DNA of 64,000 nt, from contig OZ243956.1 in the NCBI GenBank assembly GCA_965214405.1, positions 2,112,001 through 2,176,000 on the forward strand, in the 5' to 3' direction. This document shows positions 9,876 to 20,236 of the stretch, piece after piece (positions within the stretch are counted from its first letter, which is position 1; every line of letters starts with the position of its first letter). The position numbers and the translations under genes are program-made. The DNA is from Trueperaceae bacterium. Its GTDB lineage: Bacteria > Deinococcota > Deinococci > Deinococcales > Trueperaceae. A model generated the notes under the pieces. That model worked only from the letters and a program-made list of their open reading frames with translations. It was not told where the DNA came from and did no database searches.

Positions 9876-10459
9876 AAAGACCCCACAAACCCTAAACGAG
9901 CCACCGGTGCGTGGGCGGCGCACCACGTAAAAGCGCGTACGGCTTGGTACCAGTTGCGCCACTAACACAAAGATAACCGCTCACCCACGCGACTTAAGAC
10001 GTCTTCATGGGTGAGGCGCTTTCGGAGATAGGTTGCGTCTGCTCGAGGCGCGCGCGCTGCGTCATCACGCGTTACCGAACTCTGAAACAGCGAGTCTCAA
10101 ATCTCAAAGTCTCGAGACCCTGGTCTTAGGTCAGACCCAAGACCAAGTCTCTTTCTTTTGTGCGAAATTTCATCTACACTTCAAGCTGTTTGTGCTTATC
10201 CGTCTTGTGCTTATCCGTTTACGCCACGCCGTCATCTTTTACGTCATCCAGGGAGGCTAAACACCGCGTCCGCACTTTCTCGAGCTTGAACCTTATTTCA
10301 ACGGTCCATCCAGGCCGGGTCAGCAGTAAGGATGTTGCTTTACGCGCCGAATTTTTGGTTACCAAATCTGTCGCAACCGGCTTTCGCTTACCCAACTTCA
10401 ACCGAACTTTCTTCGTTCATGTTGCGTCCCGCAGCATTGAACACCCTTAGGAGTGCCTT

Positions 10460-11182
10460 TTGTCTTCCCATCCTTTTCCTACCGTAAGCGTGATTATTCC
10501 CGCACTCAACGAGGCCGACAACCTGCCGCACGTTTTGCCCCATATCCCCTCTTGGGTTCATGAGGTCATCCTCGTTGACGACCATTCGACGGACGGCACG
10601 GCGGACGCGGCAAAGAAGTTACTGCCGAGCGTCCGCGTCGTCCTTAACTTGGGCGCGCCCGGCAAAGGCGCGGCGATGCAGCGGGGTTTTGACGCGGCCA
10701 CGGGCGAGATCGTCGTCATCATCGACGCCGACGGCTCCGAACACCCGCGCGAGATAGCCGCGTTCGTCGGCGCGCTCATGTCCGGCGCGGACTACGCCAA
10801 GGGCACGCGGTTTATCCAGGGCGGCGGCACGACCGACATGAGCCTGCACCGCCAGCTCGGCAACGCGGTCTTTGTCGGCATGGTCAGGCTTTTGTTCGGG
10901 GGTCAGTTTTCCGACCTCTGCTACGGCTATAACGCCATGTGGACGCGGGTCCTGCCTCACCTCAAGCTCGACGGGGACGGCTTTGAAATCGAAACGATGA
11001 TGAACATCCGCGCGTTGCAGGCGGGCCTAAAAATCGTGGAAGTGCCGAGCTTCGAAGCGCCGCGCGTCCACGGGGTGGGCCGCCTCCGCACGATTCCGGA
11101 CGGCTGGCGCGTGCTCAAGACGATATTCCGGGAGAAACTCCGCCCGGTCGCCGTGCGCGACTCCGCGCTCATTCAGAGTTAG
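10460..11182 (+). CDS. GT2 glycosyltransferase (DPM/polyprenol-phosphate type)
   Basis: VIIPALNEA, VDDHSTDGT, IDADGS, GFEIETMM. Confidence 0.9.
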   Translation: MSSHPFPTVSVIIPALNEADNLPHVLPHIPSWVHEVILVDDHSTDGTADAAKKLLPSVRVVLNLGAPGKGAAMQRGFDAATGEIVVIIDADGSEHPREIAAFVGALMSGADYAKGTRFIQGGGTTDMSLHRQLGNAVFVGMVRLLFGGQFSDLCYGYNAMWTRVLPHLKLDGDGFEIETMMNIRALQAGLKIVEVPSFEAPRVHGVGRLRTIPDGWRVLKTIFREKLRPVAVRDSALIQS

Positions 11183-11251
11183 CGTTAACTCAGAAGCTAA
11201 AAACTAGAACCCGAATGAATTAGAACCCAAAGTCAGACCTCGACTTAGGAG

Positions 11252-12415
11252 TTGATGAAGTTGGATACCGTTGTCTCTCCCTCTCAAGAAGCCAACCAGG
11301 ACGTCAACCGTAAAGGAAGAACGAAGACTGCCGCAACCAGCCCAAACATCGCGCCGCTGAGCGTGGCGGACGCGCTGAGACGCTGGATAGGCGCGGGCGC
11401 GTGCCAGAGTCCCTCGGGGGCCTTTTGCGCGTGGCGCGACACCCAGGCGAACACCTTGGCGTTCGAGTACCCCGAAATCACGGGTTACGCGCTCACCTAT
11501 TTAGCGGGGCGAAAAAATCTGACCGCCAAAGAAGCCGAGGTCGGCAAGAGGGCGGCGGACTGGCTTATCGCCAGGCTGCAAGCGGACAACTACTCGGCGC
11601 ACGACGGCTGGGACAACGGCGCGGTGTATAACTTTGACTTGGCGATGATCGCCAACGGGCTGATGCTGTTTGGCGAGCGCTTAAAGATCAGGCGCTACAC
11701 AAAGTGGGGTATCGGGCTTGTCAACTACTTGCGCGAGCAGATCGACTTTGAAGGAAACCTTCCGGCGGTAAGTCAGAAACATCCCGTTGCGTCTCTTCGC
11801 CCGTCGTCCTGGTCTACGACGGGGCAAGCCCACCTGCTCAAGGCGGCCCAGTGCCTCCTGTTGGCCGAGCACCTGACCCTCCGGCGCGCCGCCGAGACGG
11901 CGGAACTGCTCGTCGAGAACTCGAAGCGCCTTCAGCTTTACAACGGGCGCTTCATCACGCAGCCTGAGGATTCGCTAACGATGCTCCACCCACACCTTTA
12001 CGCGTTGGAGGGGCTGTGGATTTTCGGTACGGCCAGGCGCGACGCCGAGGCCTTGGAGCGCGCCCGGACCGGACTCAGGTGGCTCTGGTCGCACCAGTTG
12101 GAGTCAGGCGGCTTCCCGCGCGCCGTCGCCGTGGCGGGGGGCGCCGAGTCGACCGAGGGGTTCCCCGAGCAGTTCGACGTGACCTCGCAAGCGGTGCGCA
12201 TGGCGCTGGCGCTGGGCCTGAGACTGCCGCGGCTGGACGAGGCCATCGCGCGCCTCCAAGCGATTGCCCATACGGGCGCGTCGGGCACCGCGCTCGTCTA
12301 CCACGTTGACAGCCCGACGCTGCACCAAAACATGTGGGTCACGATGTTCGGGGTGCAGGCGCTCGAGCTGGCCTCGTCTTACACCCCGCTTATGTCCTGG
12401 GAGGAACTGGTCTAG
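11252..12415 (+). CDS. Hypothetical alpha/alpha-toroid (prenyltransferase/glycosidase-like) protein
   Basis: YPEITGY, AADWL, HPHLYALEGL, WLWSHQLESGGF (QW-like) motifs. Confidence 0.6.
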   Translation: MMKLDTVVSPSQEANQDVNRKGRTKTAATSPNIAPLSVADALRRWIGAGACQSPSGAFCAWRDTQANTLAFEYPEITGYALTYLAGRKNLTAKEAEVGKRAADWLIARLQADNYSAHDGWDNGAVYNFDLAMIANGLMLFGERLKIRRYTKWGIGLVNYLREQIDFEGNLPAVSQKHPVASLRPSSWSTTGQAHLLKAAQCLLLAEHLTLRRAAETAELLVENSKRLQLYNGRFITQPEDSLTMLHPHLYALEGLWIFGTARRDAEALERARTGLRWLWSHQLESGGFPRAVAVAGGAESTEGFPEQFDVTSQAVRMALALGLRLPRLDEAIARLQAIAHTGASGTALVYHVDSPTLHQNMWVTMFGVQALELASSYTPLMSWEELV

Positions 12416-12552
12416 CCTCGTCAAACTCGCTGGCGTTTGGTTTGTGGCAGCTCAACAAGGGGTTGCAACCCCTTGTTCGTAACTTGGTGAGCAAGTTGAG
12501 AAACACAGTGTCGCGCTTTTGCGAAGCGAGTTTGGATCTGGTTCTAACACTC

Positions 12553-13749
12553 ATGGTCAATACTTCCCCCACCCGCCGGGTTTGTGTGGTCGGCTCCGGC
12601 ACCCGCTTTTTGAGCGGTATCTCCTACTACACGCACCGTCTGGCGCACGCGCTCAACGCGCAGCACCCGACCTCGGCCATCCTCATGCGGCAGCTCGTCC
12701 CGACGCGCTTTTATCCGGGCAAGAGCCGCGTCGGCAAAAACTTAGCCCCGCTGGACTACGGCGGCATGGCGGTGTTTGACGGCGTGGACTGGTTCGCGCT
12801 GCCCAGCCTCGCCGGGGCGATCCGGGCGCTGCGCGCGCAGCGCCCGGAGATCGTCGTGTTTCAGTGGTGGACGGGCGCGGTGCTCCACAACTACATCGCG
12901 CTTGCGACCGCCGCCAAACGTTTGGGGGCCAAGGTCGTGCTCGAGTTCCACGAAATCCAAGATGTTGGTGAGAGCACCTTGCCTCTTGCCAGCATGTATG
13001 TGAACACGCTGTCGCCGCTCCTTCTAAAGCAAGTGGACGGATTTATCGTCCACTCCCGCTACGATTTACCCGAAGTGGTCAAGCGCTACCGCGTGTCCGA
13101 GAGCCGCGTCGCCGTGATTCCGCACGGGCCTTATGACCAGTACGACGGGCACAAGTCCAATGCGAACGCAAACGTAGTCGGGTCAGATACCTCGGATTCA
13201 GATATCACCCGTCTCCTGTTTTTCGGCGTGATACGGCCTTACAAGGGGCTCGAGCACCTCATCCGCGCCTTTGATAGTCTCACCGACGACGAGGCTGAAC
13301 GCTTTCACTTAACCGTGGTCGGTGAGACCTGGGAAGACTGGACGCTCCCGGGCGAGCTTATTGCCAAGAGCCGTCACAAGGAGCGCATCACTTTCGTCAA
13401 CCGCTACGTCCCCGACGAGGAGGTCCAAGGTTATTTCAAACACGCCGACGCGGTTGTGCTGCCTTACCTCCGCTCTTCGGCGAGCGGGCCGCTCAATATT
13501 GCGATGAGCTTGGGGTTACCCGTCGTCATCACCGAGGTGGGCGGGCTTACTGAGGCAGTAGAGAACTACGGCGGGGCCGTCACGATTCCGCCGGGCGACG
13601 AAGCCGCGCTGCGCGCCGCGCTGTTTAGGGCGGCGGAGCTTAAGGGCAGCAGATTCGGCGCGCCCCACTCTTGGGAGGAGACGACGAGCCTTTACAGCGC
13701 GCTCTTCAACCGCCTTTTCGACCGCGCCCTCTCCCCCCGTCACGCCTAG
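12553..13749 (+). CDS. GT4 glycosyltransferase
   Basis: LLFFGVIRPYKGL, ADAVVLPY...SASG...VGGLTEAV; ATG 12553 preferred over upstream starts. Confidence 0.9.
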   Translation: MVNTSPTRRVCVVGSGTRFLSGISYYTHRLAHALNAQHPTSAILMRQLVPTRFYPGKSRVGKNLAPLDYGGMAVFDGVDWFALPSLAGAIRALRAQRPEIVVFQWWTGAVLHNYIALATAAKRLGAKVVLEFHEIQDVGESTLPLASMYVNTLSPLLLKQVDGFIVHSRYDLPEVVKRYRVSESRVAVIPHGPYDQYDGHKSNANANVVGSDTSDSDITRLLFFGVIRPYKGLEHLIRAFDSLTDDEAERFHLTVVGETWEDWTLPGELIAKSRHKERITFVNRYVPDEEVQGYFKHADAVVLPYLRSSASGPLNIAMSLGLPVVITEVGGLTEAVENYGGAVTIPPGDEAALRAALFRAAELKGSRFGAPHSWEETTSLYSALFNRLFDRALSPRHA

Positions 13750-13876
13750 TCATCCAGAGTCATCCAGCGCGCTCGCCGTTCGCGCAAGGACCCCGCACCC
13801 CGCGCAAGAACGCGGTTCAGGGTAAAAGATACAGCTAACCATAAGCAATAGAGGTATAAGTAGAGGACCTACTGAC

Positions 13877-15310
13877 ATGTCGAACCCTTCCGCGCCCACA
13901 GTTTCGTCCCAAACTCCGCCCGAGTCCGCGTTTCGTCCCGTTCGCATCCTCGAGCTCGAGCTAAGCCAGCCAATCCCGAATCTAGAACCCGTCAAAATCG
14001 AGGACGCGCGCACGCCCTATGAACGCGCGCTCCTCCTCGTCAGGTTGCACAGTTATCCGCTGGGCATGGTGGAGCTCGAGCTCCCCGGCGGCACCTTGCC
14101 CGCGCCCGCCGTGGCGCGAGCGGTTTGGGATACGCTCGCACCGGAAATCAGGCAGCATCTGGCTGAGGACGGCTTGACCGATATCAGCGCGCTTCCTCTG
14201 GAGGGTCTCACCTCGAAAGGCGAACCTTTGTGCCTGGCAAAACGTCGGGAGTTTTTGGCGTCTGCCCCGTCGTTTAGCGTCATCGTGCCGACGAGGGACC
14301 GCGCGGGGCTGCTGGGGCGCTGCCTCGACTCGATTCTGGATATGGACTATCCTTCAGCACGTTACGAGATTATCGTGGTCGACAACGCGCCCAACACCTC
14401 GGAGACCAAAACGCTGGTCGAGACGTACGCGCGCACCCAACCCGTGCGCTACCTTCGGGAAGACGCGCCCGGCAGCGCGAGCGCCAGAAACTTCGGCCTG
14501 AAGCGCGCGACAGGTGAGCTAGTGGCCTTTACCGATGACGACGTCGTGGTCGATACGCACTGGCTCACCGAGCTGGCGCGGGGCTTCTCCAGGGCCGACA
14601 ACGTGGCGTGCGTGACCGGGCTCGTCGTACCGATGGAACTGGAAACGCAGGCGCAGGAATGGTTCGAGCATTACGGCGGCTTTACCGTGGGCGGCATGAA
14701 GAGGCGCGTGTACGATTTAGAAAACAATAGACCCGAACACGCCCCGCTGTTTCCGTACGCGGCGGGCATCTACGGGACGGGCAACAGCATGGCCTTCAGG
14801 AGAACGGCGCTAAACGACATCGGCGGCTTCGACCCCGCCCTCGGCAACGGCACGCCCGCGCTGGGCGGCGTCGACAGCGAGGTCTTGCTGCGCACCGTGT
14901 TGAGCGGCCTCACGCTGAGCTGTGAGCCCGACGCCGTCGTGTACCACAAGCACCGCCGGGACTACGGCGCGTTAAAGAGGCAAATTTATTACTACGGCGT
15001 GGGGCTGACCGCCTACATGCTCAAAACCGTGCTCGCCAAACCCGCCTCGGCGTTTGACCTGCTCTCCAAGGTGCCCTTAGGTCTCCGCTACGCGCTCGAC
15101 CCGAAGTCCGCAAAGAACAGCAAGAAGCAGGAGAGTTTTCCGGGAGAGCTCTTGTGGCTCGAGCTGCGGGGCATGGCCTACGGCCCCCTCGCCTACGCGC
15201 GCAGCCGCCTCAAGTACGGGCGACACCGCGTGTACCAAACGGGAGACAAAACCCGCAAGTCCCAGGCTAAACAGACTAAGCAAGCGTCGGCTGTGAGAAA
15301 CAAACGTTAA
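13877..15310 (+). CDS. GT2 glycosyltransferase
   Basis: SVIVPTRDR, VVDNAP, ARNFG, AFTDDDVVVD. Confidence 0.9.
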   Translation: MSNPSAPTVSSQTPPESAFRPVRILELELSQPIPNLEPVKIEDARTPYERALLLVRLHSYPLGMVELELPGGTLPAPAVARAVWDTLAPEIRQHLAEDGLTDISALPLEGLTSKGEPLCLAKRREFLASAPSFSVIVPTRDRAGLLGRCLDSILDMDYPSARYEIIVVDNAPNTSETKTLVETYARTQPVRYLREDAPGSASARNFGLKRATGELVAFTDDDVVVDTHWLTELARGFSRADNVACVTGLVVPMELETQAQEWFEHYGGFTVGGMKRRVYDLENNRPEHAPLFPYAAGIYGTGNSMAFRRTALNDIGGFDPALGNGTPALGGVDSEVLLRTVLSGLTLSCEPDAVVYHKHRRDYGALKRQIYYYGVGLTAYMLKTVLAKPASAFDLLSKVPLGLRYALDPKSAKNSKKQESFPGELLWLELRGMAYGPLAYARSRLKYGRHRVYQTGDKTRKSQAKQTKQASAVRNKR

Positions 15311-15315
15311 TTCTT

Positions 15316-17241
15316 ATGAGCTCGAGCGTGTTTTCCCCCACCAAAAAAGACGCCACAGAAAACAGGGCGGAAGGCTTTGCCAACGACGCGGGCGCCAGCT
15401 CTCGTCAAGGCGGTTGGGGCTGGCTGCTGGGTTTGGGGTTAACGACCTCGGTGGGCCTCGTGATGTTGGCCTTTGCCAATCAACTAGCCTGGAGCGGGTC
15501 GCCCTGGTCGCCTCGTCTTTACTGGCTGAGCCTGGGCGTGACGGCCTTTCCCGTTGCGCTGCGCCTGGCGAGCGCCAGCGCGTCGCGCAAAGAGCGCGTG
15601 GGCCTGCTCGTCATGCTCACCGTGGCGCTTTATCTCGTCAAGATTTTTGCCAGCCCGTTGGGGTTTACGCTGCATGACGAATTGGGGCACTGGCGCACCG
15701 CGGACGACGTCGTGCAAACGGGCCATTTTTTTCACGACAACTGGATTGTCAAGTATTATCCGTCTTATCCGGGGCTCGAGACCGTCACCAACGCCCTCGT
15801 GACGCTGGGCGACCTCAGCATCTTTCAGGCGGGCGTCTTCATTATCGGGCTCGCCAGGCTCCTTTTCGTGGGCGCGCTTTTTTTATTTTTCGAGCAGGTG
15901 GGCCGGTCCTCGCGGGTGGCGGGGTTGGCCACTTTACTTTATACCGCCAACCCCAACTTCGTTTATTTTACCGCGCAGTACGCGCACGAATCTTTGGCCT
16001 TGCCCTTGGCCGCTTTTTGTCTGCTGATGCTGGCGCGGCGAAAAAACACGGTTCCCGAGAGGCGCGCGCCCTACAGCGTAGCTTTTGCGCTCGTTTTCGT
16101 GGCGCTCGTCGTGACGCACCACATCACGCCGCTGGCGTTCACGTGCTTTTTAATCTTGTGGGGCGTCACGGCGCGCCTCTCGTGGTGGGCTCAGCGCGAA
16201 CGAACGGACGAGGGTCACCCCTGGCTCGTCGCAATCTTCACGCTCGACGTGATGCTCGCGTGGCTCATCTACGTCAGGTACACGGTGGTTACGTCGCTCA
16301 GCCCCATCCTTAGGGACGTCGTGACGCAGTCTCTCAACTTAATAACGGGCGCAACCGAGAGCAAGACCTTGTTTCAGTCGGGGACGGGCGAGGTTCAGCC
16401 CCTCTTGGAGCGACTGCTGGGTTTCGGGTCGGTGGGGCTGCTCCTGCTCGCGCTGCCCTTTGGCCTGTGGGCGGTGTGGCGCTACTACCGCCACCGGGGC
16501 GAGGCGCTGGCGCTGGCCGGGGTCGCGCTCGTTTATCCGCTGAGTTTGGCCCTGCGGCTCACGCAGGCCGGGACGGAAACCTCGAGCCGGGCCTCGGAGT
16601 TCGTGTTTTTGGGGCTCGTCTTTGTGGTCGCGGTTTTTTTCGTGAGGGTGTGGCCCTTGGGGCCCGCGTGGCGCCAACCGCTACGCAGGTGGGTGGGGCC
16701 TGTGTTCATCGCGGGCTATTTTGCGGTGGTGTTTACCGGCGGCATCATCGTGGGGTGGCCGCCCTACGCACGGACCGTCGGACCTTTTCTCCTGTCGGCC
16801 GATTCTCGCTCGGTGACCGAACAAGGCGTCAGCGCCGCCCTGTGGGCGCGGGAGCACCTTCAACCCTACAGTTTTGTTTTGGCGGACACGACCAACGGGC
16901 TCCTCATGGGCTCCTACGGCAGGCAGAACCCTCAGGCCGGGAGCGTCAACGGCACCTCCGTCTGGAACGTTTTTTTCTCCCGCTCGCTCGGCGACGTTGA
17001 GCGTTCGGTTCTGCAAACGAACAAGGTGAGATACGTGGTGGTCGACGAGAGGCTGAGCGAAAGTTTGCCCTACAACGGGCGTTACTTCGGGCGAGACGAG
17101 CCGGGGGCAAATCGGCACAGAGAGCCTATAAGCAAAGAAGTCCTCGCAAAGTTCAACGATGTTGCGGAGGCCGACCGCGTCTATGACAGCGGAAACATCA
17201 TCATTTACGATTTTCAGAAGCTGCTCGAGGCGGAGAGGTAG
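15316..17241 (+). CDS. Multi-TM glycan polymerase/GT-C-like membrane protein
   Basis: More than 10 hydrophobic segments; luminal DE motif (LHDELGH); VTHH; C-terminal soluble domain ending RVYDSGNIIIY. Confidence 0.65.
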   Translation: MSSSVFSPTKKDATENRAEGFANDAGASSRQGGWGWLLGLGLTTSVGLVMLAFANQLAWSGSPWSPRLYWLSLGVTAFPVALRLASASASRKERVGLLVMLTVALYLVKIFASPLGFTLHDELGHWRTADDVVQTGHFFHDNWIVKYYPSYPGLETVTNALVTLGDLSIFQAGVFIIGLARLLFVGALFLFFEQVGRSSRVAGLATLLYTANPNFVYFTAQYAHESLALPLAAFCLLMLARRKNTVPERRAPYSVAFALVFVALVVTHHITPLAFTCFLILWGVTARLSWWAQRERTDEGHPWLVAIFTLDVMLAWLIYVRYTVVTSLSPILRDVVTQSLNLITGATESKTLFQSGTGEVQPLLERLLGFGSVGLLLLALPFGLWAVWRYYRHRGEALALAGVALVYPLSLALRLTQAGTETSSRASEFVFLGLVFVVAVFFVRVWPLGPAWRQPLRRWVGPVFIAGYFAVVFTGGIIVGWPPYARTVGPFLLSADSRSVTEQGVSAALWAREHLQPYSFVLADTTNGLLMGSYGRQNPQAGSVNGTSVWNVFFSRSLGDVERSVLQTNKVRYVVVDERLSESLPYNGRYFGRDEPGANRHREPISKEVLAKFNDVAEADRVYDSGNIIIYDFQKLLEAER

Positions 17242-17243
17242 TC

Positions 17244-18188
17244 ATGCCCAAAGTAAGTATCATTATCATTAACTATAACTACGCGCGCTATCTACCCGAC
17301 GCGATTGGCAGCGCCCTCGGGCAGTCCTACGCCGACTGTGAAATTGTCGTGGTGGACGATGGGTCAACCGACCATTCGCGTGAGGTTATCGAAAAATACG
17401 GAACCGAGATCGAGGCGATTTTCAAAGAGAACGGGGGCGGCAATTCGGCGCTCAACGCCGGGCTCGAGGCGAGTACCGGGGATATCATCTGCCTCCTCGA
17501 CGCCGACGACGTTTTCGCGCCCAGCAAGGTTAAACAGGTGGTCGAGGTTTTTGAGGCCCATCCCGACATCGGCTCGTGTTTTCATTCTCTCGACATGATG
17601 GATAAGGAGGGTGTCCGCTTCCCCGCTACGCCCCTCCGCCCGAGCGGCGAGCACGACTTTCGCGCGCGCGCGAGGCGTGGGGCGATGCCCGTCGTTGCGT
17701 CGGCAACCTCGGCATTATGTTTTAGGCGAGACCTGTTGGACCGTATGCTGCCGCTGCCCCAGGACAAGCGCCTCCCGTCCATGCCGGATCATTATCTCAA
17801 GTGGGTCGCGTTGGCTTTGGCTCCCACTTTTTTTGACGGTGCCGCCCTGAGCGTTCAGCGGGTTCACGACAGCAACCAATACACGGGCAAAACTAACGAA
17901 AGCTACGTCACAGTCCATACGATTATTATCTCGAGTTGGATGAAGAACAGATTTCCGAAAGTGTTAAGCACGTGGGCTGACCGCGTGTTTGCCGACGGGC
18001 TCGGTCGCTACTGGCGCGCGGGTGAGAAACCGGAGACGCTTCGCCAGACGATACGCGACTACCGCCAGGGTTTATCTCCGGCAAAGTCGGCGCAGGTTAC
18101 CGCCCAGGCGCTGGCGAGCCAGTGGCAGCTCGAGAAACACGCGAAATCCTTTTTGGGTGCTTTCAAAGGTTCGACCAAAGGCACCTGA
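17244..18188 (+). CDS. GT2 glycosyltransferase
   Basis: VSIIIINYNY, VVDDGSTD, LLDADD. Confidence 0.9.
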   Translation: MPKVSIIIINYNYARYLPDAIGSALGQSYADCEIVVVDDGSTDHSREVIEKYGTEIEAIFKENGGGNSALNAGLEASTGDIICLLDADDVFAPSKVKQVVEVFEAHPDIGSCFHSLDMMDKEGVRFPATPLRPSGEHDFRARARRGAMPVVASATSALCFRRDLLDRMLPLPQDKRLPSMPDHYLKWVALALAPTFFDGAALSVQRVHDSNQYTGKTNESYVTVHTIIISSWMKNRFPKVLSTWADRVFADGLGRYWRAGEKPETLRQTIRDYRQGLSPAKSAQVTAQALASQWQLEKHAKSFLGAFKGSTKGT

Positions 18189-19468
18189 TGCGCATCTTTT
18201 TAACCTCCGACTCCTATCCGCCGCTTATCGGCGGCGCAACCAGGGCCACGCAACTGCTCGCGCATGAGCTTGTCAAGCGCGGTCACACGGTCATGGTGGC
18301 GACCGCCTGGCAGAAGAATTTCCCGAGTCGAGAGATGGACGGCGAGGTCGAGGTGGCGCGCCTGCGCGACCTAACGAGTCGGGCGGGCTGGGCCTCGAGC
18401 GACGCCCACCGCCACACCCCGCCGCCCTTTCCCGACCCGGAAGCCACCCCGCGGCTGCGGCGGCTCATCACGCGTTTTCGTCCCGACGTCGTTCACGCCT
18501 ACGGGTGGCTCGCCTATTCGGCGGCGGCGGCGTTGGAAGGCTTGAACGTCCCGATGCTGCTCTCGGCGCGCGACTACGGCAACATCTGCGCGTTGCGGAC
18601 GCTTGTTAAGCACGGTAAGCACGCGGGCGAAAACTGTAGCGGCCCCGCGCCCGCGAAGTGTATGGGGTGCGCGACCTCTTTTTATGGGCGTCCCAAAGGC
18701 GTCACCGCCGTGGCGGGGGTGCTGGGGGGCCGCGCCCTTTTGCGGCGAAGGGTAACGGGGTTACACAGTTGCAGCACCTACGTCGAAACGCTCATGATGC
18801 AAAGTCTGTTTGGCGACGACGCGACGCTGCCCAAAGCCGTCTTGCCGGACTTTCGGGTGGAGGGCTCAGATACTTCAGCCACTCTCGAGCATGAAGTCAC
18901 GGCGCGCTTGCCCAAAGAGCCGTTTATCATGTTCGTGGGGGCGCTGAGGCTTATCAAGGGGATCGTCCCGCTGCTTGACGCTTACGCCCAGCTCGACGCT
19001 CCGCCCCCGCTCGTCCTCATCGGCACGCCCGCGCCCGACACGCCCGCCTCGTTCCCGCCGGGCGTGACGGTCATCCGAAGCGTGCCGCACGCAACGGTCA
19101 TGGCCGCCTGGGAACGCGCGCTGTTCGGGGTGGCCCCTTCTATTCTGGCCGAACCTCTGGGCAACGTGATTCACGAGGCAATGAGCCGGGGGAAAACGGT
19201 CATAGGCACCACGCCGGGTGGGCACAGCGACATTATTCATGACGGGGAGAACGGGCTTTTGGTCCCGTCGGGCGACGTTCCCGCTCTACGAAACGCCATG
19301 AAACGGCTTATTGACGATGAAGCTTTTCGGGAAGCCTTGGGGGGCGCGGCCCTCGAGACCTCGCAACGCTTCACCGCAGAAGCGGTGATGCCGGGTTTCG
19401 AAAGGCTGTACGAACGCGTCGTCGCCGCCCACCTGTCTACCCTGCCGGGGTCTAAGCATGGGGTTTAG
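18188..19468 (+). CDS. GT4 glycosyltransferase
   Basis: TGATG coupling; SYPPLIGG, FVGALRLIKG, EPLGNVIHEAM, GENGLLV. Confidence 0.9.
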   Translation: MRIFLTSDSYPPLIGGATRATQLLAHELVKRGHTVMVATAWQKNFPSREMDGEVEVARLRDLTSRAGWASSDAHRHTPPPFPDPEATPRLRRLITRFRPDVVHAYGWLAYSAAAALEGLNVPMLLSARDYGNICALRTLVKHGKHAGENCSGPAPAKCMGCATSFYGRPKGVTAVAGVLGGRALLRRRVTGLHSCSTYVETLMMQSLFGDDATLPKAVLPDFRVEGSDTSATLEHEVTARLPKEPFIMFVGALRLIKGIVPLLDAYAQLDAPPPLVLIGTPAPDTPASFPPGVTVIRSVPHATVMAAWERALFGVAPSILAEPLGNVIHEAMSRGKTVIGTTPGGHSDIIHDGENGLLVPSGDVPALRNAMKRLIDDEAFREALGGAALETSQRFTAEAVMPGFERLYERVVAAHLSTLPGSKHGV

Positions 19469-19498
19469 GATGTCGCACCGTCCAGGACGAGTCTTGCC

Positions 19499-20236
19499 AT
19501 GATTGCTCTAAGCCTAACCATCCTCATCGCCTCAGCCAGCGCGCTGCTGACGTTCGTGTGGCCTCACTCGCTTTTGGCGTCCTTGCTGGCCGTGCCCGCC
19601 GTTTTAATCTTGCCGGGTTACGCCCTGACCAGCGTGGTGTTGCGAAGAAAAAGCTTTGGGTGGATAGAACGCGCCGCGGCGAGCGTGGCGCTGAGTTTCG
19701 CCCTCGTCGTCATCATGGGCGTCGCGCTCAACCTCACCCCGTGGGGACTCCGGGCGTCGTCCTGGGCGCTGCTCCTCAACGGCGTGACCGTCGTGACGGC
19801 TGGCTTTTCTCTTTCTTATAGACGAGACCAACTGCCTGAAATGCACCTGCCCGCGCTTTCAGCCAAAGCCGCAGTGGTTCTCACCATCATGACGGCGCTG
19901 AGCTTGCTGTCGTTTCGCGTCGCCGCTCCAAACGACGCCGTTCGGGAGGGCGGCTTTACCGAACTCTGGGTGACGCATAACGCGCCCGGCCCCGTGACTG
20001 TTGGCGTGGACAACCAGGAGAGCGAACCTCAGACGTACAGGCTGAGCGTCCGCGAAGGAAACCGGCTCATCAAAGAGTGGCCGGTCCTCGCGCTGTCAGC
20101 GCAGGAAACCTGGACGACCGACTTGCCCGGCGTAGATTACGCGTCACTGCAAGTTCTCCTCTACCGCTCGGACGCGCCGAGCACCGTTTACAGAGAAGTC
20201 TCAATGACCAAAGGGGATGATGTTGCGCACGATTAG
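19499..20236 (+). CDS. DUF1616-like membrane protein
   Basis: LILPGYAL...IERAAASVALS...LNLTPWG; FTELW; VGVDNQE. Confidence 0.7.
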   Translation: MIALSLTILIASASALLTFVWPHSLLASLLAVPAVLILPGYALTSVVLRRKSFGWIERAAASVALSFALVVIMGVALNLTPWGLRASSWALLLNGVTVVTAGFSLSYRRDQLPEMHLPALSAKAAVVLTIMTALSLLSFRVAAPNDAVREGGFTELWVTHNAPGPVTVGVDNQESEPQTYRLSVREGNRLIKEWPVLALSAQETWTTDLPGVDYASLQVLLYRSDAPSTVYREVSMTKGDDVAHD

